Source of the DNA: Schizochytrium sp. TIO01 | Lineage: Eukaryota; Protista; Bigyra: Labyrinthulomycetes | Length of the DNA stretch: 64,000 nucleotides | Direction: 5' to 3' | Assembly: GCA_004764695.1 (NCBI GenBank) | Contig: SMSO01000032.1 | Location: 1,116,001-1,180,000 of the forward strand | Shown: piece after piece, positions 10,248 through 21,031 of the stretch | Layout of the letters: the number at the start of each line of letters is the position of its first letter | Numbering within the stretch: position 1 is the stretch's first letter | The notes under the pieces: generated by a model | Told to the model about the DNA's origin: nothing | What the model saw: only the letters and a program-made list of their open reading frames with translations | Database searches by the model: none | Program-made: the position numbers and the translations under genes

Positions 10248-12063
10248 TGTGCCTCTACCAGCAGCTGCTCCAGCCGCCAGCCCGACGGGCACGAATGATT
10301 CTTCGTCGCGAAGAGACTTCGCGACAGAAGCACGACGCCGCCTCTGCGAGCGCCGCTTCGAGTTTGAGCAACGAATTCAAACCTCTCTTTTTTTTTTCAA
10401 ACTCGAGGAAATTCAAATTCGAATTCATCCCGTTTAGTACCAGACGGGGCCTACTTACCGAAAACTTACCAGCAAGCTAGAGCGGTAGAACTAAGGGACC
10501 CCTCATTTATTAATTTGCAGTAGCTAAGTGCTATTGCCATCCCAGCCGATCAGTAGATAGTTGAAAAAGCGGTTATAACCGGTATAGTATGCATGTAGTA
10601 GTGCTTATAATGTTAGGGTTGTTGCATAGGTAGGTAGGTAGGTTGACGAAAGTGCAGTACGAACAGATATTAGAAAGATAGGAATTGAGGAGGAAATTAC
10701 TTTTTCACGGAGGAGGATTCGATACTAATGATTCCTGTGCGGATTCTCGTACTCTCAAAGTTGGTAATGATAGGTGGCTTTGGGTTGAACATGTAATCCT
10801 CTAGGTTCATCAAGGTGATCCGTAAAGGTGAGGAGCACGTTGCGGAATTATGTGCTTTGTTTTATTTGTACTTTAGATAGCAGGATGAAGGAAAATTTGG
10901 CGACGTTTGGAGAGTTGTAATGTAAATTACAGCTTTTACATCCTACCATATGCCCAAGACCCAGAATAAAGTTGACCCAAAATTGTATATTAACAGGGAT
11001 ACCTAAAACAAGATTATATTTATTTATTACAATAGGTTCAGATGATATTTTATATTTGTTCGATTTGAAGCAGAATTTAAAAGGTATACAAGCAAACAAA
11101 CAAGAGAACTTGAATGCATACATCAATGATATGATCAGTAGCATCTAACAGTTCTGTTGAGCATCCAAGCTTTCCTCGATGGCAAGGTCTAGTGAGAATT
11201 CACATGAGGAAGTTAAGCATATGCCATAATATGTATTTTTTGAACGAGTAATCTTCTTAAATAAACGAACCTAAAGCGTAATTGCTGCTTTGTTTGGTTA
11301 TTGCCATAAGCAATTGCTGAAAATTAGGTCCCAAAGCCTGAAAACCTGTGCTTGCAACTGGTCTATTTCCTCTGATTAATTTCGGGCAGAAAATACGAAA
11401 CAGGCAACAACATCTTCAATCCCATTTCCACCAGAGTCCTTTGCTAGGATTTGGTAAAATCAAGCTAACCCAAACCTGGGAGCGTCTAACTTTCTATCTC
11501 TGGGCTGGGCACGCCATAGTGGTCGCCCCTAAGGGCGGCCGCCTTCTTCAGGCTAGCCTATCATGCCTAGTAATACCCATAGTGAGCCTTTAGGGACAGG
11601 TTTATTGTGTATGTGGTAATGGATTTAGACAAGAAACCAATTGCGGCTTTTGCGTCGCGTGCGCGCAGAAACATGCTCTTATTTGGTGCCAGTGCCAAAA
11701 GAGAACGAGTCGCTGCTCGTGTACAAACAGTAGTCCATTTCTCCGCTTTTGGTCCCAAGAGGGTGGCTGCCTTTCTCAGTATGGGCTCCTTAGGGACATT
11801 GGTCAGGGTTTTGGGGACCAACACTGGCGAATTGGGCGAAAGTTAGGGCCCGTGCAAATTGCAAACCAGCAGACAAAGTCAGACTGATCATTTCATCCAA
11901 GGCACTGAAGGCTCGAAATTAAAGCACCTTCAATCAACTCCTCAAATCTCACTTGTCTATGAATTATGAGGATGAATTTATCATTGCATTCCATTATTGT
12001 TCTCATTTTTAAATATATATTTTTTTTAATGAGGTAAAAATTAATCGATGGGAGACGATCTGA

Positions 12064-12310
12064 GCTGGCAAATTATGCGCATATCTGGAAAAGGAAATAG
12101 GCGGCGACTTGAAGCTTCATTGTACCGGTCATGGCTTTCCCCAGCCTACTATGTATTTGGTATGGAATCATGTGGAGTACATGGGTGCTGGGGATCTTAT
12201 CATGATCGACCAAAGGCGGTCGTATCGCAGCCTGGGTTGAAAAGAGGCTAGGTACACATGGCAGGGAAGACATTGCCTTGATATAAAGGGAGCTTTCATT
12301 TGCTTCTGTA
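12064..12310 (+). pseudogene. Decayed Ser/Thr protein kinase fragment (STE20-like subdomains III-VIb)
   Basis: Frame 1 reads YLEKEIGGDLKLH...LVWNHVEYMGAGDL...*...RHCLDIKGAFI, resembling kinase EKEI, WIxMEYxGAGxL and HRDIKGANIL in the right order. In-frame TGA at 12238-12240, apparent micro-indels, no start codon. Confidence 0.45.
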
Positions 12311-12709
12311 TGGTTTGAGGAACCCTGCCTTCCCTCAACCTGGATAATCTATTGACGTTAATCTTTGCAAAGAACCAGATATGCTATGGGTTCTTTATAC
12401 AAGCCAGTTTGGGAGGGATCGACTTTGACGCCTGCTCCCAAACCTCAAGCTTATAGAAGACCATAATGAATGTCTATGCTGGCCCAATTGGTCTCAGGGA
12501 CTAATCCTATACGTGAAAGAATGATGAAACCTTTTAGGAGCTCTACGTTGCCCGTTCGGCATTTTGGAGCAAACCCAGAACTCAACTCTCTCCAGAATAC
12601 TTAAAGTGACAGCTGAAAATCAATCTACGTAGACGTAGACGTGATATCTTCATACTTTGATAGACAAAGTCAGAGTCTAGAAAAGAAACGAAGGTAGAGC
12701 ACTATAAAG

Positions 12710-14077
12710 ATGCCTCCTCCAGCAGGTTTTCTGGCTGATATCCAGAAAGGTAAGAAGCTCAAGCAAGTAAATCAAGCCGATATTAACGATAGAAGCCAAG
12801 CTCAAGGAGGTACTATCACAAGCGAGAGCAACGCAGCCAACAAAGGTTTCACAACACCACGTGCAACGCCAGCTGCCCCAGCAGGGTCTTTTCTGGCAGA
12901 GTTACAGAAAAGACAAGGGAACTCAACCGAGAGCTGTCCAGCATCTGCATCGTCGGTGCTCCCGGTTGCGAACCAAGCACCTCCTCCCATTCCTCTGCGT
13001 AGCAGCTCCCCATCCCAAGTGCTACCTCAAATCAGTACGGCTCACACTAGCTCGCCGAAAACATCTAACTCGACTAGCGAACATCCAAATTCACTTAGAT
13101 CAGGTGCGTCGAGCCCATCTCAAGCTCGCATGCGCCATCTGCGAAAACAGCTTGCTGATCGTCATCCAACTTTGCAACCAATGAGTTCTCCCCCAGCACC
13201 TATAAGCACTTCGAAAAAAGATGATATCTGGGTAATCGAAGCTGACCACCCAGAGGTTCAATGCGTTCGTGTTGCTGTCCGAGCTATTCACAAGCATCCC
13301 GACTTCCACAGAACTTCAGGTCTATTCGTCGAGAATCATCCGAAAGAGGATGCTGCAGCCCTACTAAAACGGGTGCTCAAAGATGCTAAGAAGGAATCCA
13401 AAGTAAAGGATCACCTTGCTAACGCCCATATCTTAACCCTAGCTCAGATGGTCAAGTTGTATCTGAAAAACAAGTCTGAACCACTCATCGCATGTTCGCT
13501 CAATGATGGCTTAGTAAAGGCCATGGGCTCCAACATGTCTCGCCAGGAACAGATTGAGCGACTTCAAAAAGTATTCAATTCTGCAATTGGTGCACCTGGT
13601 GAGCGAGCCCTTCTCAAAGAGATTTGTGATTTACTTGGGTGCATCTATGGAGTAAAAACCTCCACCTTGGCATATACGTTTGGTCCCCTTCTCATCCATA
13701 TGGCGCTTTCCCCTGCTGCTATTGCTGCAATAAAGACTGCCAATACTGCGGTGGAATTGATGATTGAAGAGTATGATATTGTCTTTTCACCGCCTGGTAC
13801 CATCAGTACAAGAACCAGTACTAGTAGCAGTGCAAGTGAGAACAGCTTTAGAACTCCTTGGGCTCCTCCGGAGGATGTAAGTCCTATTCGATTGGACGGG
13901 CCACAACTCAAGCTAGGCGACATTGCTTCACAATTGGGCAAACTTCGTAAAGTCCCAGGAAAGAAGGCTTCCTGTAGAATTGGTGCACAAATTTCACCAC
14001 CAAGCTCTCCTGGCGGTTCCCAGCAGGCTCCTCCAATTCCACGCCGCACCTCACTTTCTACAATTGCAGCTTCATAA
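12710..14077 (+). CDS. WH2 (WIP/verprolin-type) actin-binding protein with a degenerate RhoGAP-like domain
   Basis: N-terminal FLADIQKGKKLKQV...NDRS matches the WIP/verprolin WH2 pattern; PxxPxR motifs (PPIPLR, PPIPRR); RhoGAP-like core LAQMVKLYLKNKSEPLI...LAYTFGPLLI...AVELMIEEYDIVF; C-terminal WH2-like IASQLGKLRKV. Confidence 0.75.
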   Translation: MPPPAGFLADIQKGKKLKQVNQADINDRSQAQGGTITSESNAANKGFTTPRATPAAPAGSFLAELQKRQGNSTESCPASASSVLPVANQAPPPIPLRSSSPSQVLPQISTAHTSSPKTSNSTSEHPNSLRSGASSPSQARMRHLRKQLADRHPTLQPMSSPPAPISTSKKDDIWVIEADHPEVQCVRVAVRAIHKHPDFHRTSGLFVENHPKEDAAALLKRVLKDAKKESKVKDHLANAHILTLAQMVKLYLKNKSEPLIACSLNDGLVKAMGSNMSRQEQIERLQKVFNSAIGAPGERALLKEICDLLGCIYGVKTSTLAYTFGPLLIHMALSPAAIAAIKTANTAVELMIEEYDIVFSPPGTISTRTSTSSSASENSFRTPWAPPEDVSPIRLDGPQLKLGDIASQLGKLRKVPGKKASCRIGAQISPPSSPGGSQQAPPIPRRTSLSTIAAS

Positions 14078-14793
14078 GCAAGCACTTCCTACAAATGACT
14101 ATGATCTGAAAATGCGTTTTCTACGAGCATCTCGCCTACACTTGAAAATCAGAGTCACTTCGCATACACACAGACTCTGGGTATATCATTGCAACACGCA
14201 TGGGAAATTGGCCTATCAGAGTGCTTTGGTTTAATAGTTGAGATGTTTCTGCATTGCCTTTCGTAAGCTTCCTGCATTTTAGCACGAAACTTAAATTTGT
14301 TCGTGAGTACAGCATTTTTGATGGAACTACGAAGATAATAATGATCTATGGGTTTTACCGCACAAACCTTTCTTGACACCACTGAATCTTACATGAATGA
14401 CCCCTACATTAAATGAAACAAAGTGTTTTATTTTTAACATAAATTCTGAATACAATGACAACACCACATATTTTCTTTGAATTTGGATACTTAGTTAGTA
14501 ATTAGTTACAGGCGAAGACATACAGGTTGTGTTCTCGCGATAGGGCACGGTGTTGAGGTCACGGTGTTGAGGCAATATTCGCTACTGCTCATCTGCTAAT
14601 GGTCCTTCGCAGGAGGGAAAAAAAAGGAGGGGGGGAGAGGAAAAATGAAATGGTTGTCAAAAGTAGTACATGTGAAAAGGGCCACTCAATGGGCCTACAT
14701 CAATTCAAGTCTATTTCATCTTTGCCTTTTCTTCAATTTGGGGTGTGGAAATTATTTCGCCGGTATGGTTGGGACTCGGGTACGCTAAAGTTT

Positions 14794-16443
14794 CTAAATC
14801 TCGCATTCGTCAACCTCCTCACGCAACTTCTCCATTAGTGTCATGAGATGCTGCGACCCACCGACGGCAGAAATCTCCTCTTCGATGTCATGAAAGACCG
14901 TGTCTAAGTAGGCCTTTGTATACTCGAAGGAGCGCGTTTCGGTCCGCAAATACTCCACAAAGCTCCGCTTGAGATCAACGTTTTCTGTTCTTTGTTTGAG
15001 AATAGAGAGTAAATAATTGTCTCCAGGCACAGCATGCCGCACGCCATGGATAATGGGAAACGAGAATTTTCCTTCTGTAAGGTCCTCACAAAAACTTTTG
15101 TTGCGGTGGTATGTACTGCTGGCAAGATTAATAAAGTCATCCCGAACTTGGAAGTAAATTGAGAGCAAGTTAACGAGTTTGGAGAAATTGGTGTTGTTTT
15201 CCGAAAAACTCTGCATTAGTCCAACACCAAGTCGAAAAAGACCCCCGGTCTTGTCCATGATCATGCTCAGATACTCTTCTTCAGTAGGACACCGACAGTT
15301 ATCGCGCCAAAGTAACTCGCGGCCTTGACCTCGGTGAAGATTAAGTAGCTCTAGTGTGAATACGTGTAGAGCAGAAGGATTTTGGAGAGCAAGGCACTTT
15401 TCCATCGCCATAAAGTACACATAGTTGGCGCAGTTGAGTGTTTGTGGGACGCCATAAACCATGTGCGCAACAGGGTGTCCTCTGCGTAATTTAGAGTCGT
15501 CCTCGATATCGTCGATCAAAAGTGAGGCATTGTGAAGAGATCCTACAATTTGTTTGATGAGCGGCAGCCTCTCTTCGGGGATGCGCAGCCACTCCTGAAA
15601 ACAATCAATCATCTTAGAGCGTACGTTCTTGCCCGGTGTCTTACAGATGTACCTCCAAGGCTCTAGACATTCTTCTGCTACCTGGTGCTGCGTGTAGCTA
15701 CCTGGCGAGCCCAGATCGTCCGAACTTTGCATCTTGGCCTCCTGAACATCATTTATGCCAACGCGAGTGCCTTGCTTCACCTGCTGATGTTGATGCTGCT
15801 GAAGCTGGTTATCATCCAATGCTCCTGGATGCACGCCTGCACGCGTCAAGTTTCCGCCCAGAGCCATCTCAGCCTTTCCTGAATGAGCTTGTGCAGCAGC
15901 TGCTGGAGACGCGAACTCGTACAAGCCTGACGTTACCGTCTTGGATCCCAGAAGCTGTGGCTCCGAAGCCAATTGAGGTTTGCTTTCTCGATCGCTGCTC
16001 TGCGCATCAGCACTTTGTGAGGTGATCGCCGGTCCTGCACTTGGCATTGTGAAGTGCAGATTCGTCGGTGAATAATTCGAAGGAGAAGACGAAGTAGAAG
16101 ACAAACTTAATAAAGAAGGAGGCGGCAAAGTTGCTGTCGCAGACTCAACTGCGCTCTGGGAGCAGGCCCCACAGCTGCTCTTGGTGCCGCGAGTAGGCTC
16201 TGAGGCAGAGGCAGAGGAAGAAACGGTGTGCGCAGCTTCTGAAGCGTCGGGAGATAGGTCTCGTTGAGATTCTCTGTCTCGAAGCGGTGCGGGTTGGGAG
16301 AGCAGAGATGTGGAGCAGAGCCGAGTCGCTCCCAATGACGTGGCGTGAAAGTTGCGTGGCGAGCTGTAGCCAGGTGAGAGCTGTGTACTTGGCACGTCGT
16401 AGGCCTTCTCGGACGCGTGCGAACTCTCGGAGTCCGAATCCAT
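14794..16443 (-). CDS. GGPS1: Geranylgeranyl diphosphate synthase (type III, GGPS1/BTS1-like) with long low-complexity N-terminus
   Basis: PGKNVRS, first Asp-rich motif LHNASLLIDDIEDDSKLRRG, LHRGQG, DKTGGLF, second motif FQVRDDFIN, EDLTEGKFSFPIIH. ATG at 16443 (16446 is GTG). Confidence 0.95.
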   Translation of the reverse strand: MDSDSESSHASEKAYDVPSTQLSPGYSSPRNFHATSLGATRLCSTSLLSQPAPLRDRESQRDLSPDASEAAHTVSSSASASEPTRGTKSSCGACSQSAVESATATLPPPSLLSLSSTSSSPSNYSPTNLHFTMPSAGPAITSQSADAQSSDRESKPQLASEPQLLGSKTVTSGLYEFASPAAAAQAHSGKAEMALGGNLTRAGVHPGALDDNQLQQHQHQQVKQGTRVGINDVQEAKMQSSDDLGSPGSYTQHQVAEECLEPWRYICKTPGKNVRSKMIDCFQEWLRIPEERLPLIKQIVGSLHNASLLIDDIEDDSKLRRGHPVAHMVYGVPQTLNCANYVYFMAMEKCLALQNPSALHVFTLELLNLHRGQGRELLWRDNCRCPTEEEYLSMIMDKTGGLFRLGVGLMQSFSENNTNFSKLVNLLSIYFQVRDDFINLASSTYHRNKSFCEDLTEGKFSFPIIHGVRHAVPGDNYLLSILKQRTENVDLKRSFVEYLRTETRSFEYTKAYLDTVFHDIEEEISAVGGSQHLMTLMEKLREEVDECEI

Positions 16444-16568
16444 CACGGCGAGAGGGATATCGCACGCGCAGTCGCCCTGAGATCGCGTTTGAGAGATCTG
16501 TCGATGCTGATCAATTGATTATCTATCTGTTCAGTTTTTTAGAGTTATCGATTTTTCCAAATCTCTTT

Positions 16569-16569
<1 letters not shown>

Positions 16570-16604
<35 letters not shown>

Positions 16605-16615
16605 TGTCTCTCTCT
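16570..16615. repeat. (CT)n microsatellite upstream of GGPP synthase
   Basis: tctctctctc run read directly. Confidence 0.9.
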
Positions 16616-17267
16616 CATCTAACTTTTTTTGCTTAATTTTAGGACGATGTCTTTCTTTGTTGCGAATTCTAACGAAGTTTCACGTACATACCCCAAATAG
16701 TTTTGGAGGTTTCCACACCCATCTCAATTTGTCCGGGAGAACAATGATGCTGGTTGAACAAACGTGCGGGGACAATTCATGCGACCATTCTCTTCTTCTC
16801 CCACCGCAGGGACTTAGAGATTTTCGTTCGCCGGGAAAATCAGGAGGAAACTCAAGGTTATAAATGAATTCTAGAAGCCTATGAAGAGAAAGAAAGAAAG
16901 ATTGATTAATAGATAGGACTCTAAGTTCAATTCCAACTTACAGCTCATATACATGCCTCGTAGCGCACAAAATCAACTGCGTCATTTCGGTGAAGCTTGA
17001 TGGAGCTTCGAATGTCTTTCAGATCTCAGTTAGATATTGTTGCAGCAGTCATGCATGGCAGGGAGGCTATGACAGGTTGCATGACAGGTTTAAGATCTGA
17101 AGAAAACGAAAACAGTAAAATGAGACAATGCGGAGAGTAGGTGGGTGCTAAGACTGCGATACGGTCATCCTAAAGGCCCTCGTCTTTTTTTCTCTTTTTT
17201 CTTTCTTTCTTTTTTAAAATTAAAATATAATATATAATTAAAAACTTAAATAAACATCATGAGACAT

Positions 17268-17283
17268 ATAAATAAATAAATAA

Positions 17284-17323
<40 letters not shown>
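17268..17323. repeat. (AAAT)n microsatellite
   Basis: About 13 near-perfect AAAT units. Confidence 0.9.
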
Positions 17324-19534
17324 CATTAGAAATAATTACAATTAAAATTTCTAAATCAAACTTTTTTTAAAAAGTGATCTGTGCAGTATTGGCACTTCTA
17401 TTTAGGTACGAAAGAACACGGACTCGTTGAGAATGTTATCTCCTCCTTAAGTTGGGCTCTTCTTCGTTCTCCAGTCAGTCAAGTCACTTCAAGTTCCCAA
17501 TGACTCCAACACGAACTTGGTTTGTTCTCCATCGTGGAGCCTCGACGCAGGGGCTCAGAGCACGCCACACGAGGCAAAGGTCGGCAGTAGTCTTGCGATC
17601 AACAGCAGCGAATGCTTTTCTGACCATGGTGCGATGAAGAACTACAACAACCAGCGGACCGTTGGTACCAGCCATGATCCGAGCGAGTTCTTTGCGAGCG
17701 CATTCATTCGTTCAATCGAAGCGTTCTCTAGCAGGGTTTTCATCCTTCGTACTTGCTCATTGTGCCGTTTGACAATAAGTTGTTCCAGCTCGCCACGGGG
17801 CTCTAGAGTTGGCCTCGTTATTTAACAATTGTTTTTATATCATCAGAGAGTTGTCGATCGTAATGGTGGGGGGTGAACCGTGCGGAATTATGACGTGGTA
17901 CGCCACGTTCTTAGAATCTGACGATAACGCAACAGGTCATACCGGGTCAAGCTACGGACGTGGACCGCGTCAGGGAAGAGGGAATCAATCCTCCATATGG
18001 ACAGCTCTGAAATCTCGCAGCAAAACTCAGAAATGTCAACGGCTATGCAGAGTGGTTAAGAAATAAAAATAAAACGAAGAACATGACTGGAGACGATAGT
18101 GAATGTGGGGGCTCTTCGAGCAGGTTTTTAGGCTGAGAGCCTCGCGCCGCACAACCTGAGTGACTTTTGCGAGGCTCAGGCAAGACTGTAGAGCTAGCTG
18201 GATTTTTGCCAAAGGCGCGCACAGTGGTCAACGATTCGTTGTTCATGATATCGCGATGACACTTGAAAGGGCACATTGAGGCTCTCAATAGGGAGCGCGT
18301 CAAGGGCCGCGAGGTTTACAGTCGCTGTTAGGTTATGTTAGTGGGGCGCTGGCACGATAATTGTAGGGAGGCGTTTGCACAATTGACATTAATTGGGAAG
18401 AAAAGAAGGATCCGCAACTCTTGTTGCAAGTGCGTCGTTGAGAATTTCTATTTAGATATGATGCGAGTAAGCAAGTTTGCAAACCTGCGGGACGTGCACT
18501 TGTTGATGCTATTATGAACAAAGAATAGCATTGCCAAGGTCTACCTGCAGAAATGCTGCGAAATGCCCGGAATGTGTCTCATATGAGATTTATCGTTTGC
18601 TTGTGAGTACTCCTGAGGAAATAGAAGAATCTCAACACAACGATTCGCAGGCTCTTCTTTCTATGAACTTACAATACTCTACAAACAAGCGAAGGCGTAC
18701 TATTTATGTAACTTAGAGAACGCATACTATTCGTGAGACTTTTGACAGGGCCTGTATTTGCTGAGCAAGATCTTCTTGTATTCGTATTGAAAAAGAATGC
18801 GTTCCATTGCCCTGCTTGTTGAGGTGCGAGCAACCAGGTGTGATAAGCTCATAAGATCTTTACTGTTTTTACACTAATAGAAGATGGAGGGTTCAAAGCA
18901 ATATTTGATGTATTTTAGATCTCCTCATGAAAGAAAAAAAACGGCAGCAAAGGCTCTAGGTGTAAATTCCTCTTTGTCTCTCTCTCTTATCTTTTCAAAC
19001 CCATGACCTATCAAAGTGCTAATTATTCGAGATTCGGGAAAAACCTGGCTTGGCTTTGCGCTCTCAAAAATTCTTCAGCAACAGCAGATCCGCTCCTTTT
19101 TGACATATCCAGTAAGATAATTAAATAAAGCTAGCTTGGTAGCTTAAACCTTGGAGCTGTTACGCTTGCGGAGTTCCTAGCGATCTGAGAGCGCGTCGGG
19201 TCTAAAATCACATCCTCGACGCCATACCATTCCATCCTGACAAAGGTATATGAATCTCTACAAAATGTGCAGGCTATACTCCTCATCACTCCTGGCATGC
19301 TAGCTGCCACTCTCAATCCGAAGAAACACGATCTTTCTCTCAAGCACCTCTTAAGAAGCTGAAGTCTCAGTGAAGCCGCATTTAAAATTGACATTTCCCT
19401 TACTACTAGTAGGTACATAGCTCACCCTTGTATGTTGTACTCTGGGTATAATTTAAAGATTAGGCGATCAATCCGCTTCTTTGCGCCCAGCCCGGTTTGA
19501 GCGAGCCTCGAAAACAGTTCCTTCTCATGCCAAG

Positions 19535-21031
19535 ATGATTATTCTTCGTGTACGCCTGTCAGATGGTGGACACAAAGACGTTGAGGTGGCCGAAGATGGA
19601 GATCCGCTGCACCTTTTAGTGGCTGAGGCGCTTGAGATTCCTGAAGACAACCTTGAGCTTGTCGTTGGTACGCTCACCAAGACACAAGTACGTGCCGGCG
19701 ACAAACGAACACCTCGGGCTCTAGGTCTCGGCAATAGAGAAGCTATATCTGCGAAGCTCCTGGCCTCGTCTGTTGCAAACCAAAATGGAGCTAGTGCTTC
19801 TTCATCTTCCCTGGCGGCGGCTCCAAAAAGGAGAAAACCTCGAGCGTCGAAAAAGGAGAAATCCATTGAAGAACAATTCGGAGATTCTCGCGAAGGTGTT
19901 GCTAAAAGACTTGTTGAGGCTTTTCAAGGCGGTCCAAAAGATAATGTTTCTGTGTTCATGCGCAAAGCAACTCGTGGCTTTATGAATGACGCTCACGCTC
20001 GTCGCGACGCCAGCGATCGATATGCCGCAGCGCTTTCAGGAGATTTTGAGATCGTGAGACCAAAGCGCAATATAACCGGGTCAGCACAAGCTGCAGTGGC
20101 AACTGTAGAGCACCTCACAGTCCGCTATGGTACGGAACATGGGAGCAACAAAGTGCGGAAACAGGACTCGGTAAAACTTCTTGCCCGTCCTGTTCTTGCG
20201 GTGACAATCAAGTATGTCCTTTCGGTGCAGGATGAGGCATGTAAGAGCATTGCGCAGGAGAAAATGAGGCCTCGCGAGCTAGCGTTGCACTCTCCAAATG
20301 TGTTCTGGTCACTGGCAGAGGTCTTTCGTAGTGACCTTGCAGCACACACCAAAACGATGGAGGAAGCTCTGCAGGAATTGTGTCCCTCCGTAGACTGGAC
20401 ATTCCTGCAAAGCCGCAAACGAGATAAATCTGAAAAGGCACTTCAAGCAGAGGCTACCAAACAAAAGCTGGAGGAGGATAAAGTAAAGAGGAAAGCTGCA
20501 GTTGAAGAGCGTAAGAGGAAACGTGAAGCGGAGAAAGAAGCTCGAGAAAATATGGGCCCAGATGATCGACGCCAAAAGAGAGCCAAACAAGCTGCTGACC
20601 TGGCCGCTCTCAAGGGTATCTTTGAGGATGACGATGCCTTAGTCCGTTCAGTGAAATCAAAATTGAAGATTACGACAGTTCTCGAGCTTGCTGGGCAAAA
20701 ACCAGCAAATCTTGCCCAAGCCGCGCGACGCCTCCGGCCAGATACTACTCTTGAACAAGCAGAAATTTGGCTTGATTCAGCTAAATTCGCTGCATCAGAT
20801 GCACTCTTTCTTGAAATTCTAGGAGGCGATATGAACCTTGCAGATAAACTCACCAAAGGTTGCGGTCTTCGCACTCCACACGATCTTGAACGTATCAGAA
20901 TTCCAGGCCGAACTGAGGCTGCCATGGAAGAGACTGGCAAGTCAAAAGAAGAGGTTCTAGCATGGCAAGAGCAAGCTGCTAAAATATTGGAGGAGCACCC
21001 AGTCTTAAAGGGTATTCGATCCCGAGGATAA
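19535..21031 (+). CDS. Hypothetical protein: N-terminal ubiquitin-like domain, basic coiled coil, C-terminal helix-hairpin-helix-like repeats
   Basis: 498-aa ORF from ATG 19535 (track start is TTG). MIILRVRLSDGGHKDVEV resembles a beta-grasp start; NLS-like PKRRKPR and RKRKR; C-terminal LKITTVLELAG and ADKLTKGCGLRTPHDL resemble Rad51-N/NusA-type HhH units. Confidence 0.7.
   Translation: MIILRVRLSDGGHKDVEVAEDGDPLHLLVAEALEIPEDNLELVVGTLTKTQVRAGDKRTPRALGLGNREAISAKLLASSVANQNGASASSSSLAAAPKRRKPRASKKEKSIEEQFGDSREGVAKRLVEAFQGGPKDNVSVFMRKATRGFMNDAHARRDASDRYAAALSGDFEIVRPKRNITGSAQAAVATVEHLTVRYGTEHGSNKVRKQDSVKLLARPVLAVTIKYVLSVQDEACKSIAQEKMRPRELALHSPNVFWSLAEVFRSDLAAHTKTMEEALQELCPSVDWTFLQSRKRDKSEKALQAEATKQKLEEDKVKRKAAVEERKRKREAEKEARENMGPDDRRQKRAKQAADLAALKGIFEDDDALVRSVKSKLKITTVLELAGQKPANLAQAARRLRPDTTLEQAEIWLDSAKFAASDALFLEILGGDMNLADKLTKGCGLRTPHDLERIRIPGRTEAAMEETGKSKEEVLAWQEQAAKILEEHPVLKGIRSRG

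Noticed and set aside
2914-10480. Long antisense ORFs within CEP290 (also within UTP14, VPS13 and others)
   Set aside because: Ser/Arg-rich shadow frames expected opposite E/K/L/A-rich coding sequence.
12521-12616. C/D box snoRNA candidate (ATGATGA...CTGA); similar at about 34947-35053
   Set aside because: No terminal stem or recognisable rRNA guide; such boxes occur by chance.
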